From Verrucomicrobiota bacterium (GTDB taxonomy: Bacteria > Verrucomicrobiota > Verrucomicrobiia > Limisphaerales > Palsa-1400): a DNA stretch of 39,061 bases. The DNA lies in NCBI GenBank assembly GCA_049510745.1, contig JBEKYR010000046.1, positions 1 through 39,061 on the forward strand, given 5' to 3'. The first letter of the stretch is position 1. Every line of letters begins with the position of its first letter. Under the pieces are notes generated by a model that saw only the letters and a program-made list of their open reading frames with translations, was not told where the DNA came from and did no database searches. Below are positions 1 through 8,238 of the stretch, piece by piece. Position numbers and translations under genes: made by a program.

Positions 1-64
1 AATTTTCCTTGCGCGGAATTCCTCAGGTGTTGCCTAAGAACCGTTGCAGTACATCCCGGGGAGC

Positions 65-107
65 GCACGCGCCTTCGCGTGCAGCGGTCGGCGCCCTCGC
101 CGACCGC
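65..107. repeat. REP-like double hairpin
   Basis: Two adjacent perfect stems: GCACGCG-cctt-CGCGTGC (65-82) and GCGGTCGGCG-ccct-CGCCGACCGC (84-107), in non-coding DNA. Confidence 0.7.
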
Positions 108-374
108 TTCTTCGCTCTCCTATCCAAATTGTATAGGTCATCGCTCCGCGGTAAGGCCGCGTTAGGATTTGGGATGACGCGAAAACACTTTCCACCCGTC
201 CAACTGCTCCCATCGGATCGCCCATTCGTCGGATTCGTCGGCCCCGTCCCGAAATTCTTCGCCTCCCTCGTGGTATCTGTGTCAATCTACGGTAGTGCCT
301 TAATTTGGATTTCCGATTGCGGTCAACGAGTTGCGCGTGAAATTGCTGCATGGAAGTATAAGAAAAACAAAATA

Positions 375-1250
375 TTATTTCACTATTACATAAATAAGGC
401 ACTCGCCTGCATGCACATAATGCGTATCGCGTTGCCACTCGCATTTTATTCCAATGTCTTCCAAGCAGTATTTTATCGCTGCATAAACTTGGGGTTCATT
501 CGTGCTCACTTTTGTCGGCATGAGGAAGCCATTTGGAAGTTTCTGCCCCCATATCGTAATCAAATCGGGCAAATCATTGGTTTCATAGGAAAAAAAGAGC
601 AAATCGGCGTTATTAGTGTTTTCAAGGTGCGTTGTCACGAAAAGGGTGCTGTCTCGATTAATTTGCCAAGGCCCAGCATCCGCGTTGGCCGTGAAGCCTG
701 CCATCGTCAGAGTTTCTCTCAAATCGCTGGCAAAATCTTCTGTGTCCCGCCCTTCTTGTCCAATCAATATCTTAATTGGTACTTTGGGAATAAACTGAGC
801 TAAAAATATGAAATTGGTTCTTTGCTCCATCCTTATTCTTCTTGGCTGCATCTTGGCCTCCATCTCATCGGCCTTAACGCGGAATGATTGCGCTTCCTTC
901 TCAGCACGTTCCGCCCGCTCATTTGCTTCGGCAACGTCACGGCTTAATTGTAGCGCCTCTGGAATGGCATGGATTAGCCCGAACACATCCATCGTGACGC
1001 CGATTGCCACAATTATGGCGAACAGTTTCTCTCGATTCTTATGCTCGGAATGTTCTTCAGACAGCAGCAGCATCCATTCCCCAATGCACCCGATTGAAAC
1101 CAATATCGCTCCGAATATCTCCCAAGAAATCCAGAACCAACCCCATTGGAAAACAAATCCTATCACAGCAGTTAACGCGATGGCGATAACAGCGCAAATC
1201 GCTTTGGCTGTGCTGCTCATGTTTGAAATATGGATTTTTGAAAATTGCAT
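375..1250 (-). CDS. Hypothetical membrane protein (about 3 N-terminal TM helices, coiled coil, soluble C-terminal domain)
   Basis: 291-aa ORF with three hydrophobic segments followed by a coiled-coil-like stretch (DVAEANERAERAEKEAQSFRVKADEMEAK). Visibly AT-richer than the neighbouring genes. The start could be 1250 or 1220. Confidence 0.75.
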   Translation of the reverse strand: MQFSKIHISNMSSTAKAICAVIAIALTAVIGFVFQWGWFWISWEIFGAILVSIGCIGEWMLLLSEEHSEHKNREKLFAIIVAIGVTMDVFGLIHAIPEALQLSRDVAEANERAERAEKEAQSFRVKADEMEAKMQPRRIRMEQRTNFIFLAQFIPKVPIKILIGQEGRDTEDFASDLRETLTMAGFTANADAGPWQINRDSTLFVTTHLENTNNADLLFFSYETNDLPDLITIWGQKLPNGFLMPTKVSTNEPQVYAAIKYCLEDIGIKCEWQRDTHYVHAGECLIYVIVK

Positions 1251-1574
1251 TCCATGACAAAAAAGATTAACACCTAATTTGACATTTTTAAAATGTGTGC
1301 AATTTTCCCATCGTTAACGGTGCGTAAGCGAACGGGTAAACCGGCGTTCCTTACAATCCCCGATTCGGAGTCCGAAACCCCGCGCATCCATGTTTTAGGT
1401 CATGTGCTCGTTTTACTGCCAGTCGCCGGCGAAAGCAACGCCTTTCGTATCCACTCCGAATTGGGCTGGGCCGCCCGCCGTATTGCCTCATTAACCCGTT
1501 TTGCCCAAATCCTTGCGTCCTTGAATCGTTGCCTGCAACAGTGAAAAATCACGGAATTCCAACAGGATTTTGTC

Positions 1575-1735
1575 CCGCAGAAGGCTCTGAGAGCGCAGAG
1601 AAAAGAGTTTTGACAGGACCTGCAGGATTAAGAATGGATTCAGAAAAGAGGATTTCCATCTTCATCCTGTCCATCCTGTTCATCCTGTCCGTCTTTTTTG
1701 GTTGCGGCTGGCCACGCTACGTCTTTGCGTTAAAG
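1575..1735. repeat. Nested inverted short-repeat element
   Basis: Three tandem 9-mers CATCCTGT(C/T) at about 1663-1689 face degenerate inverted copies (GACAGGAcc, tgCAGGATt) at about 1612-1630. These lie inside a CGCAGA(A/G)-type left arm (about 1575-1603) and a CTTTGCG right arm (about 1723-1729). Confidence 0.6.
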
Positions 1736-1812
1736 TGTTTGCCCCAATTTGGCAATCAGGATTATTTTGAAGTCGGATCTCATTCACACCGTCCAATTTG
1801 CCTGAATCATTT

Positions 1813-3195
1813 ATGAACGAAACAATCGGTCCCACCACACGCCGTGAATTTATCAAGACAACCGGCCGCATCGCCGCCGCCTCCGCCCTGGCGGGAATAG
1901 CCATTCCGCACGTGCATGCCGCCGGCAACGAGACCCTCCAAGTGGCGCTCATCGGATGCGGCGGACGCGGCACCGGAGCGGCGGGCCAGTCCATGTCCGT
2001 CAGCCGTGGCCCGGTAAAACTGGTCGCCATGGCGGACGTTTTTGAAGACCGGCTCAAGAGCAGCCATGACACTCTGGCCCGCGATTTTTCCGCCGGCATG
2101 GATGTGCCCCCGGAACGCCAGTTTATCGGATTTGACGCTTACCGGCACGCGATGGATTGCTTGAAGCCCGGCGATGTGGCGATCTTCACCACACCCCTGG
2201 CGTTTCGGTGGGTGCATTTTACTTACGCCATTCAAAAGGGGCTGCACGTCTTCATGGAAAAGCCTCTGACAGCCGATGGCCCCACTTCCCGCCGGATGCT
2301 CCAGTTGGCGGAGCAGGCGACCGCCAAGCGCCTCAAAGTCGGCGTGGGATTGAATTCCCGCCACAGCCGGGCCTTGCAAGAACTGGCGCATCGCATACAG
2401 GACGGTGAAATCGGCGACCTCATTCTCATGCGCGGCTACCGCGTGGTGCAGCCGGCGGGGTCGTGTTTTTCGCCGCGCAAACCCGCTGGAATTACGGAAG
2501 TGGCCTATCAAATCCAGCGTTTTCACAGCTTCCTTTGGGCCAGCGGCGGGTTGTTCAGCGACTTCAACATCCACATCATCGACCACTGCTGCTGGATGAA
2601 AAACGCCTGGCCGATCAAGGCCCAGGCAATCGGCGGGCGGCACTATCGGGGCAACGATGTCGATCAGAACTTCGACAACTACGCGGTGGAATACACCTTT
2701 GCCGACGGCGCCAAACTGATGATGGACGGGCGCTGTGTCAAGGGCTGCCAGGACATTTACTGCAGCTACGCGCACGGCAGCAAAGGCCTGGCGATCGTCT
2801 CCAAGGCCGGCGACTGCGGCATGCCCTCCAGCACTTACCACGGCCAGAACCCGGATCGCGCCAAGTTGATCTGGACCTCCCAAGTCAGCCGGGACCAGCA
2901 AAATCCCTATCAAAACGAATGGAACGACCTGGTCGATGCCATCCGCGATGACAAGCCCTATAACGAAGTCACGCGCGGTGTCGAGGCCAGCGTCGTGACC
3001 TCGATGGGCCGCATGGCCGCCCATACCGGCCAGGAAATCACCTATGAGCAAATGCTCAACCACAAGCACGAATACGCGCCGGACGTGGACAAAATGACAA
3101 TGGACGGCCCTGCCCCGGTCATGCCCGACGCCAGCGGGCGCTATCCGATTCCGCAGCCGGGCATCGTGACCGACTCGGAGTACCGGCCGGGGTGA
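1813..3195 (+). CDS. Gfo/Idh/MocA family oxidoreductase with Tat signal peptide
   Basis: Twin-arginine motif TRREFIK, a hydrophobic helix and a VHA cleavage site; Rossmann motif ALIGCGGRG; family motif HVFMEKP. ATG at 1813. Confidence 0.9.
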   Translation: MNETIGPTTRREFIKTTGRIAAASALAGIAIPHVHAAGNETLQVALIGCGGRGTGAAGQSMSVSRGPVKLVAMADVFEDRLKSSHDTLARDFSAGMDVPPERQFIGFDAYRHAMDCLKPGDVAIFTTPLAFRWVHFTYAIQKGLHVFMEKPLTADGPTSRRMLQLAEQATAKRLKVGVGLNSRHSRALQELAHRIQDGEIGDLILMRGYRVVQPAGSCFSPRKPAGITEVAYQIQRFHSFLWASGGLFSDFNIHIIDHCCWMKNAWPIKAQAIGGRHYRGNDVDQNFDNYAVEYTFADGAKLMMDGRCVKGCQDIYCSYAHGSKGLAIVSKAGDCGMPSSTYHGQNPDRAKLIWTSQVSRDQQNPYQNEWNDLVDAIRDDKPYNEVTRGVEASVVTSMGRMAAHTGQEITYEQMLNHKHEYAPDVDKMTMDGPAPVMPDASGRYPIPQPGIVTDSEYRPG

Positions 3196-3211
3196 GGGCG
3201 GGAAGGGGGCG

Positions 3212-3931
3212 TCATCTACGCAACAAATTATACTTTACGATGCAGCGGAGGGCGCTGAAACCGTCGCGCCAGCCGATTTTTTTGCCCTCGGCGTAGGTGC
3301 GGCCATGATAGGAGATGGGCACCTCGTAAATGCGCAGGTTCATCTGGCTCACCTTGGCCACGATTTCCGGCTCGAATCCGAACCGGCTTTCCTCGATGGC
3401 GATTTTCTGAATCACCTCGCGCCGGAACACTTTGTAGCCGACTTCCATGTCCGAGAGGTTGACGTCCGTCGCCATGTTGGAAAGGGTGGTCAGGAGCCGG
3501 TTGCCGACGGAATGCCAGTAGTAAAGCACACGGTGCGCTCCGGCCCCCAAGAACCGCGAGCCGAAGACCACGTCGGCTTGGCCCCGGAGTATCGGTTTGC
3601 ACAACACGGCGTATTCCGACGGGTCGTACTCGAGGTCGGCGTCCTGCACGATGACCAGCGGGGCGGTCACCTGCGCAAAACCGGTGCGCAAGGCGGCGCC
3701 CTTGCCCTGGTTGAGCGCGTGACGGAAAAGGCGCGCGCGCGGTTCGGCCGCGGCCAATGGCTGAAGCGCTTCCCAGGTGCCGTCGTCGGAGGCGTCATCG
3801 ACGATGAGGATTTCGCGAACGAGCGGCTGGGCGGCGACGGCTTTGACAACGTGGGCGATGGTGGCGGCTTCGTTGAACACGGGAATGACAACGGCCAGGC
3901 TCGGCGGCGGCGGTGGTTGGGGCGCATTCAT
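3212..3931 (-). CDS. Glycosyltransferase family 2 (DPM1-like)
   Basis: Motifs VVIPVFNE, IVDDASDDGT, NQGKGAA, QDADLEYDP and GKKIGWRDG. Its start overlaps the larC stop (ATGA). Confidence 0.92.
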   Translation of the reverse strand: MNAPQPPPPPSLAVVIPVFNEAATIAHVVKAVAAQPLVREILIVDDASDDGTWEALQPLAAAEPRARLFRHALNQGKGAALRTGFAQVTAPLVIVQDADLEYDPSEYAVLCKPILRGQADVVFGSRFLGAGAHRVLYYWHSVGNRLLTTLSNMATDVNLSDMEVGYKVFRREVIQKIAIEESRFGFEPEIVAKVSQMNLRIYEVPISYHGRTYAEGKKIGWRDGFSALRCIVKYNLLRR

Positions 3932-5160
3932 GGGGGCGGCGGGGCCGCGGCCAGCGCCGCGTCAAAGACGGCTTTCAAGGGCACGTTGGCCTGTTCGGCC
4001 AGTTTTTTGCACGACTCGAATTCCGGCGCGGTTTGCACGATCCGTCCGTCGAGCCGGCCGATTTTCAGGGTGACCTCGCCGAAGGGGGTGCGCACGGTCT
4101 GGAATTCGCGCCAGAGCTTGCGGCGCTCGGTCAGCCAGCGGCGCACGCCAAAGGCGCTGGTGTGGCGCAGAATCCATTCGCAGAACCGGTCCGCCTCCGG
4201 CGGCGCGCACAACAGGCTGAGCCGGACGCCCGGACGGTTCTTTTTCATTTGCACCGGCGTGTAACAAACGTCCAGCGCCCCTGCGGCCATGGCCTTGTCA
4301 ATAAAATGTCCCAAAACCTCGGGGCTGGCGTCATCCAAATTGGTTTCCAGGACGGCGACCGTGTCGGTTTCCCAGTCGTGGGCGGCGGCGGCGGCCGTTT
4401 CGCCCAGGATGGCGCGCAACAGATTGGGGCGCGTCCGGTTGTCGCGTCCGCCCACGCCAATGCCGACGCGCGTTGGGACGAGGGCGTCCATCGGCCCGAA
4501 TTTTTCGACCAACTCCGCCAGCAAGGCGGCGCCGGTGGGAGTGAGCAATTCGTGCGGCTCCTCGCATTGGGAGATGGGCACGCCGCGCGCCGCCAGGACC
4601 TCGAGCGTGGCGGGCGCAGGGATGGGAAACCGGCCATGGGCGCAGTCGATCCATCCGGTTCCATCGACCACCGCGCCGGCCAGCAGGCGGGGCTTGCCGA
4701 GCATTTCGAGGGCGGCGCACGCGCCGACAATATCGACAATCGAATCGACCGCGCCGACTTCGTGGAAATGCACCTGGGCGGCGGGCAGACCGTGGATTTT
4801 GCCCTCCGCCACCGCCAGGCGATGAAACACGGCGGTCGATTTGGTCTTGACCCACTCCGACAACCCGCTCTCCGCGATCAAGCGCGCAATGTCCGCAAAA
4901 GTCCGGCCATGCTCGTGCTCCTCTTCGTGTGTGTGTTTGTGTTCAGGCCCATGCTCGTGGTGATGCTCCAGGTGAACATCAAACTTCACTCCCTCGATTT
5001 CCTGCCGTTTGGCGCGGGAGGCGCGCAGGTGGTAGCCGTGCAATGGGAGTTTTTGCAGTTCCGCTGTCAACGGCTCCAAGCCCACCCCAAGGTCGAGCAT
5101 CGCGCCCAGGAACATGTCGCCGCTGAGACCGCTGAAAATGTCGAGATAAAGCGTTTTCAT
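3928..5160 (-). CDS. larC: Nickel-pincer cofactor biosynthesis protein LarC (nickel insertase)
   Basis: Motifs LYLDIFSGLSGDMFLGA, a His-rich linker, VHFHEVGAVDSIVDIVG, ELLTPTGAA, ETNLDD, MKKNRPG and PEFE. Confidence 0.93.
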   Translation of the reverse strand: MKTLYLDIFSGLSGDMFLGAMLDLGVGLEPLTAELQKLPLHGYHLRASRAKRQEIEGVKFDVHLEHHHEHGPEHKHTHEEEHEHGRTFADIARLIAESGLSEWVKTKSTAVFHRLAVAEGKIHGLPAAQVHFHEVGAVDSIVDIVGACAALEMLGKPRLLAGAVVDGTGWIDCAHGRFPIPAPATLEVLAARGVPISQCEEPHELLTPTGAALLAELVEKFGPMDALVPTRVGIGVGGRDNRTRPNLLRAILGETAAAAAHDWETDTVAVLETNLDDASPEVLGHFIDKAMAAGALDVCYTPVQMKKNRPGVRLSLLCAPPEADRFCEWILRHTSAFGVRRWLTERRKLWREFQTVRTPFGEVTLKIGRLDGRIVQTAPEFESCKKLAEQANVPLKAVFDAALAAAPPPP

Positions 5161-5175
5161 GTCGAACGAGCGCCG

Positions 5176-5937
5176 CTAGGGTTCGCCGGCGCAGAGGGCG
5201 TTAATCTGGCTGGCGGCGTAACCGGCGCCGAACCCGTTGTCGATATTGACCACCGTCACCCCGCTGGCGCAACTGTTGAGCATGCTCAAAAGCGGAGTCA
5301 AGCCCGCAAAATTGGCGCCGTAGCCGACGCTGGTCGGAACAGCGATGACGGGACGGCTGACCAATCCGGCGATGACACTGGGCAAGGCGCCTTCCATGCC
5401 GGCGACCGCAATCACAACGTGGGCGCGCCGGAACAACTCCCGGTGATTGAGCAGCCGGTGCAGGCCCGCGACGCCCACGTCATAGACCCGCTCGACCCGA
5501 TTGCCCATGATGTCGGCCGTGACGGCCGCCTCCTCCGCCACCGGCAAATCGCTCGTGCCGGCGCAAACCACCGCGATGGGGCCGGGCCGTTTCGGCAGCG
5601 GTTTGGATTCCAGGGTGACGCAGCGGGCGGTTCGGTGGTGGCGGGCGGATTTGAACTTTTTCTTGAGGGCGCGGACCTGCTGGTCATTGACGCGGGTGAT
5701 CAGCACGCGATCCTCGTGCTCGGCGATTTTCGCCGCGATCCGCACCACCTGCGCGGCCGTTTTCCCGGCGGCATAGATGACTTCGGGAAAACCCTTGCGC
5801 AAGGCGCGATGGGCATCGACCTGCGCAAATCCAAGGTCCGCCACCGGGGGCGTCTGGAATGCGGCGAGCGCATCGGTCACACTGGTTTTGCCGGCGCGAA
5901 CCTTTTCCAAAATTTGAATGGCATCAGCGGTTGTCAC
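5176..5937 (-). CDS. larB: Nickel-pincer cofactor biosynthesis protein LarB (PurE-like carboxylase/hydrolase)
   Basis: Motifs DAHRALRKGFPEVIY, AGTSDLPVAEEA, DVGVAGLHRL, AGMEGALPSV, PTSVGYGA and VVNIDNGFGAG. The GTG at 5937 is preferred over the TTG at 5958. Confidence 0.92.
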   Translation of the reverse strand: MTTADAIQILEKVRAGKTSVTDALAAFQTPPVADLGFAQVDAHRALRKGFPEVIYAAGKTAAQVVRIAAKIAEHEDRVLITRVNDQQVRALKKKFKSARHHRTARCVTLESKPLPKRPGPIAVVCAGTSDLPVAEEAAVTADIMGNRVERVYDVGVAGLHRLLNHRELFRRAHVVIAVAGMEGALPSVIAGLVSRPVIAVPTSVGYGANFAGLTPLLSMLNSCASGVTVVNIDNGFGAGYAASQINALCAGEP

Positions 5938-6073
5938 AACGCGGCCAAAATACACCAAGCCGCCGCAGCGTCACGCGGGAAAATCGGAAATGATCGATGT
6001 AGGGTTTGGCCCTACAGAAAAATCCATAATTCGCCTTGCAGACAGGGGAGCGGAGCTTCCTTAGTGTCGGGAG

Positions 6074-6125
6074 CGCAGTAGAGTTAGTTTTCATGGGGCG
6101 CCCCGGGTGGGGCGCCTGTTTTTTT
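6074..6125 (+). ncRNA. Candidate small RNA of about 50 nt
   Basis: A promoter-like CAGACA-17-TAGTGT (6039-6067) is followed by a short stretch ending in an intrinsic terminator. No + strand CDS lies upstream, and the downstream gene has its own promoter-like site. Confidence 0.45.
6097..6125 (+). terminator. Rho-independent terminator
   Basis: Perfect 8-bp stem GGCGCCCC-gggt-GGGGCGCC followed by TGTTTTTTT. Confidence 0.8.
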
Positions 6126-6159
6126 CCCCCGCATGGAGTCGATGCGCCCAATCGCGCCG

Positions 6160-6188
6160 TTTACAACGGCGCGCGGCGGTTCTATCTT
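6160..6188 (+). promoter_or_regulatory. Sigma70-like promoter giving a probable leaderless mRNA
   Basis: TTTACA-17 nt-TATCTT, ending 6 nt before the ATG at 6195. No Shine-Dalgarno sequence. Confidence 0.55.
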
Positions 6189-6194
6189 CCACTC

Positions 6195-6779
6195 ATGGAC
6201 CGGTTGCAACAGGCCCTCGATCGATTTGACGCCGAGAACGCGCGGGACCCGAACGTGGAGATGGCCGGGGGCGCCGGCTATCCGCGCGAGTTGCTCTATG
6301 CGCGGCGGCTGACGGACTGGGTCTTGAAGCTGGCGCCGGAGGCCTCCGAGGGCCTGCGTCTGGCCGCGCGCTGTCAGCACCTCTGCCGCTGGATGATTCC
6401 GCGCGAAACGCAACCGTTGACGCGCGCCGGCTACCTGCGCTGGCGCAACGAGCTGAAGCAGTTCCACGCCCGCCGCTCCGCCGGGATTCTGCGCGAGGCC
6501 GGTTATTCCGCGGAGATGATCGACCGGGTGCGGGACTTGAATCTGAAGAAGAATTTTCCGGAGGACCCCGAGAGCCGGATTTTGGAAGACGCGCTTTGCC
6601 TGGTGTTTTTGGAATTTCAATTCGCCGGCCTGGCGCGCAAGACGGACGAGGACAAAATTCTCAACGCGGTGCGAAAAACCTGGCAAAAGATGACGCCGGC
6701 CGCGCGGGAGCGGGCGCTGGCGTTGCCGCTGGGCGCAAAGGAGAGGGAATTGATCCAACGGGCCTTGCGCCAGGCTTGA
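6195..6779 (+). CDS. DUF4202-like protein
   Basis: Pattern FDAENARDPN, ELLYARRLTDW, LAARCQHLCRW, GYLRWR, LEDALCLVFLE and KTWQKM, recognised as DUF4202. Confidence 0.8.
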   Translation: MDRLQQALDRFDAENARDPNVEMAGGAGYPRELLYARRLTDWVLKLAPEASEGLRLAARCQHLCRWMIPRETQPLTRAGYLRWRNELKQFHARRSAGILREAGYSAEMIDRVRDLNLKKNFPEDPESRILEDALCLVFLEFQFAGLARKTDEDKILNAVRKTWQKMTPAARERALALPLGAKERELIQRALRQA

Positions 6780-6891
6780 TCCTCTTCCCCGAGGCCAAGA
6801 CGGGGAATCAGATTGCGGCATCAAGTTCTTCGAACGAAGGATTGGCATTGATTTATTGAAGGGTTCCGGTCGTGCGCGCGCCCTTGCTTTT

Positions 6892-7145
6892 ATGAGTTCG
6901 GAAAAAATTGTTGTTTGCGGCGGCGGCGGATTCATCGGCGGCCATTTGGTGGCCGATTTGCGCCGGAACGGTTGCACGGACATCCGGTCCGTCGATATCA
7001 AACCCATCGCGGAATGGTCCCAGGTGTTTCCAGGCGCGGAGAGCCGGGCATCCGATTGCGCGACGGCTTGGAGAAGACGTACGGCTGGATTTACGATCAG
7101 ATGGCGCAACAGGGCAAGGACAAGGGGGCTGCGGGGCGCGGGTGA
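6892..7145 (+). pseudogene. NAD-dependent sugar epimerase remnant (GDP-mannose 3,5-epimerase-like) with a large internal deletion
   Basis: The N-terminus MSSEKIVVCGGGGFIGGHLV...VDIKP..EW.Q is joined out of frame at about 7040 to the extreme C-terminus EPGIRLRDGLEKTYGWIYDQM. The catalytic core is missing. Confidence 0.85.
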
Positions 7146-7200
7146 ATCAAGCTTGGCCATGGGGATGCGGCCCCGGAAATGGTCCGGGGTGAAGGTGCGG

Positions 7201-7230
7201 CCACAGATTAACACAGATGCGCACAGATAG
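7201..7230. repeat. 3 x 10-bp tandem repeat NCACAGATNN
   Basis: ccacagatta acacagatgc gcacagatag. Confidence 0.75.
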
Positions 7231-7260
7231 GGAAATCGTGGTTGAGGTTTTCTTTTTTTG

Positions 7261-7399
7261 GCACGATTCAGCACGATTTGGCACGATTGGGCACGATTTG
7301 GCACGATTGGGCACGATTGACTCTGTTGGAGGGGCATTTTCATTTTTTGGCACGATTTGGCACGATTCAGCACGATTTGGCACGATTTGGCACGACTGC
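7261..7399. repeat. 10-bp tandem repeat GCACGATTNN in two blocks (6 + 5 units)
   Basis: Six units at 7261-7320, a 29-nt spacer, then five units at 7350-7399. An inverted core AAATCGTG lies at 7233-7240. Confidence 0.95.
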
Positions 7400-7404
7400 A
7401 GGGC

Positions 7405-7498
7405 AAGTATGAAGTCAGAAGGGTGAAGGATGAAGGATGAAACTTGGAAGGGCAAAACGACCGATGGGGCGAATGGGACGTATGGGACGGATGGGCGG
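7405..7498. repeat. 7-bp (AAGGATG-type x5) and 9-bp (NATGGGACG-type x4) degenerate tandem repeats
   Basis: aagtatg aagtcag aagggtg aaggatg aaggatg (7405-7439); gatggggcg aatgggacg tatgggacg gatgggcgg (7463-7498). Confidence 0.8.
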
Positions 7499-7667
7499 TT
7501 GGATTGGAGGGGTCTCCGATCCACGGGCCGGTGTTGACCGCCTGCCGCACGCTGCACGCTGCATTCTTGGTTCATGCTCCCTCAATTTAAGCACAGGTCT
7601 ATCAAGAGGAAAAACCTATGGAAGGAGGATTTACAATAAAAAGAGGATAAAAGAGGAGTTAACCGCA

Positions 7668-7808
7668 TCCTCCTTCGCTGAAGCTATGGAGGACGGGGAG
7701 GGCGCAGAGATGAACAAATTGTCGGGAAGACGCTCGCGCGTGGGGAGCGCATAGAGAAGGAGTTATGGGGTTTTTTGCCGCAGAAGGACGCAGAAGGACG
7801 CAGAAGCG
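7668..7808. repeat. REP-like hairpin plus 3 x 10-bp CGCAGAAGGA repeat
   Basis: TCCTCC-ttcgctgaagctat-GGAGGA (7668-7693); cgcagaagga cgcagaagga cgcagaagcg (7779-7808). Confidence 0.7.
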
Positions 7809-7888
7809 GGCGGGGAGTTGGCCCGAAAAGCCACGATTATTTGAATCCAGGCACTGTCCCTTGGCCTCTTGCTGACACCCTGAAAGAC

Positions 7889-8140
7889 TCAGGCGGGGTC
7901 CAACGTGGCCTTGATTCTGCCGACGCAAACATTCCGTCGTTTTGCGAGGTCGTGTTCCCAGATGCGGATGACCCGCCAGCCGTTTTTCCGCAGCGTTCGA
8001 TTCACTTGGCGGTCCCGGAACTGGTTCGCCGCGAGTTTCTTCTTCCAGAATGGGCGGTTGGTCGCCGGGGTGGTGGAATGTTTCGGGCAGGCGTGCCAGA
8101 AACAGCCGTCCACGAACACAACCAAGCGCGCTTCACGGCT
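7889..8140 (-). pseudogene. vsr: 5'-truncated very-short-patch-repair endonuclease
   Basis: The C-terminal half is intact (RLVVFVDGCFWHACPKH...NRPFWKKKLAANQFRD...GWRVIRIWEH). The N-terminal RS..MSRIRS..T..E and G.PDFVF segments are not found upstream. Confidence 0.8.
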
Positions 8141-8208
8141 GGGACGGGCCTCAGAATACTCTGCGGGCTGCGCAGGCGGAATGGCTGGCGCGGAGTTGTA
8201 CAATTCAT

Positions 8209-8238
8209 TGGACAATGCTGTGGCGAAAGAACTAAGAT
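8209..8238 (+). promoter_or_regulatory. Sigma70-like promoter of the methyltransferase operon
   Basis: TGGACA-18 nt-TAAGAT, ending 8 nt before the GTG at 8247. A near-palindrome GAGTTGTACAATTC (8193-8206) abuts the -35 box. Confidence 0.5.

Noticed and set aside
410..437. dif/Xer site
   Set aside because: Only a partial XerC-arm resemblance (GCACATAA), no XerD arm, and it lies inside a CDS.
9..803. 264-aa + strand ORF
   Set aside because: It spans hairpin/repeat DNA and is antisense to the more protein-like ORF at 375-1250.
3913..6081. 722-aa + strand ORF
   Set aside because: Shadow ORF antisense to larC and larB in high-GC DNA, with no recognisable motifs.
7261..7399. CRISPR array
   Set aside because: The units are 10 bp and head-to-tail with no unique spacers between them, and no cas genes are present.
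6084..7575. Minus-strand ORFs with SCQIVPNRA-type peptide repeats
   Set aside because: They are translations of the 10-bp DNA repeat and overlap the DUF4202-like gene and the epimerase remnant.
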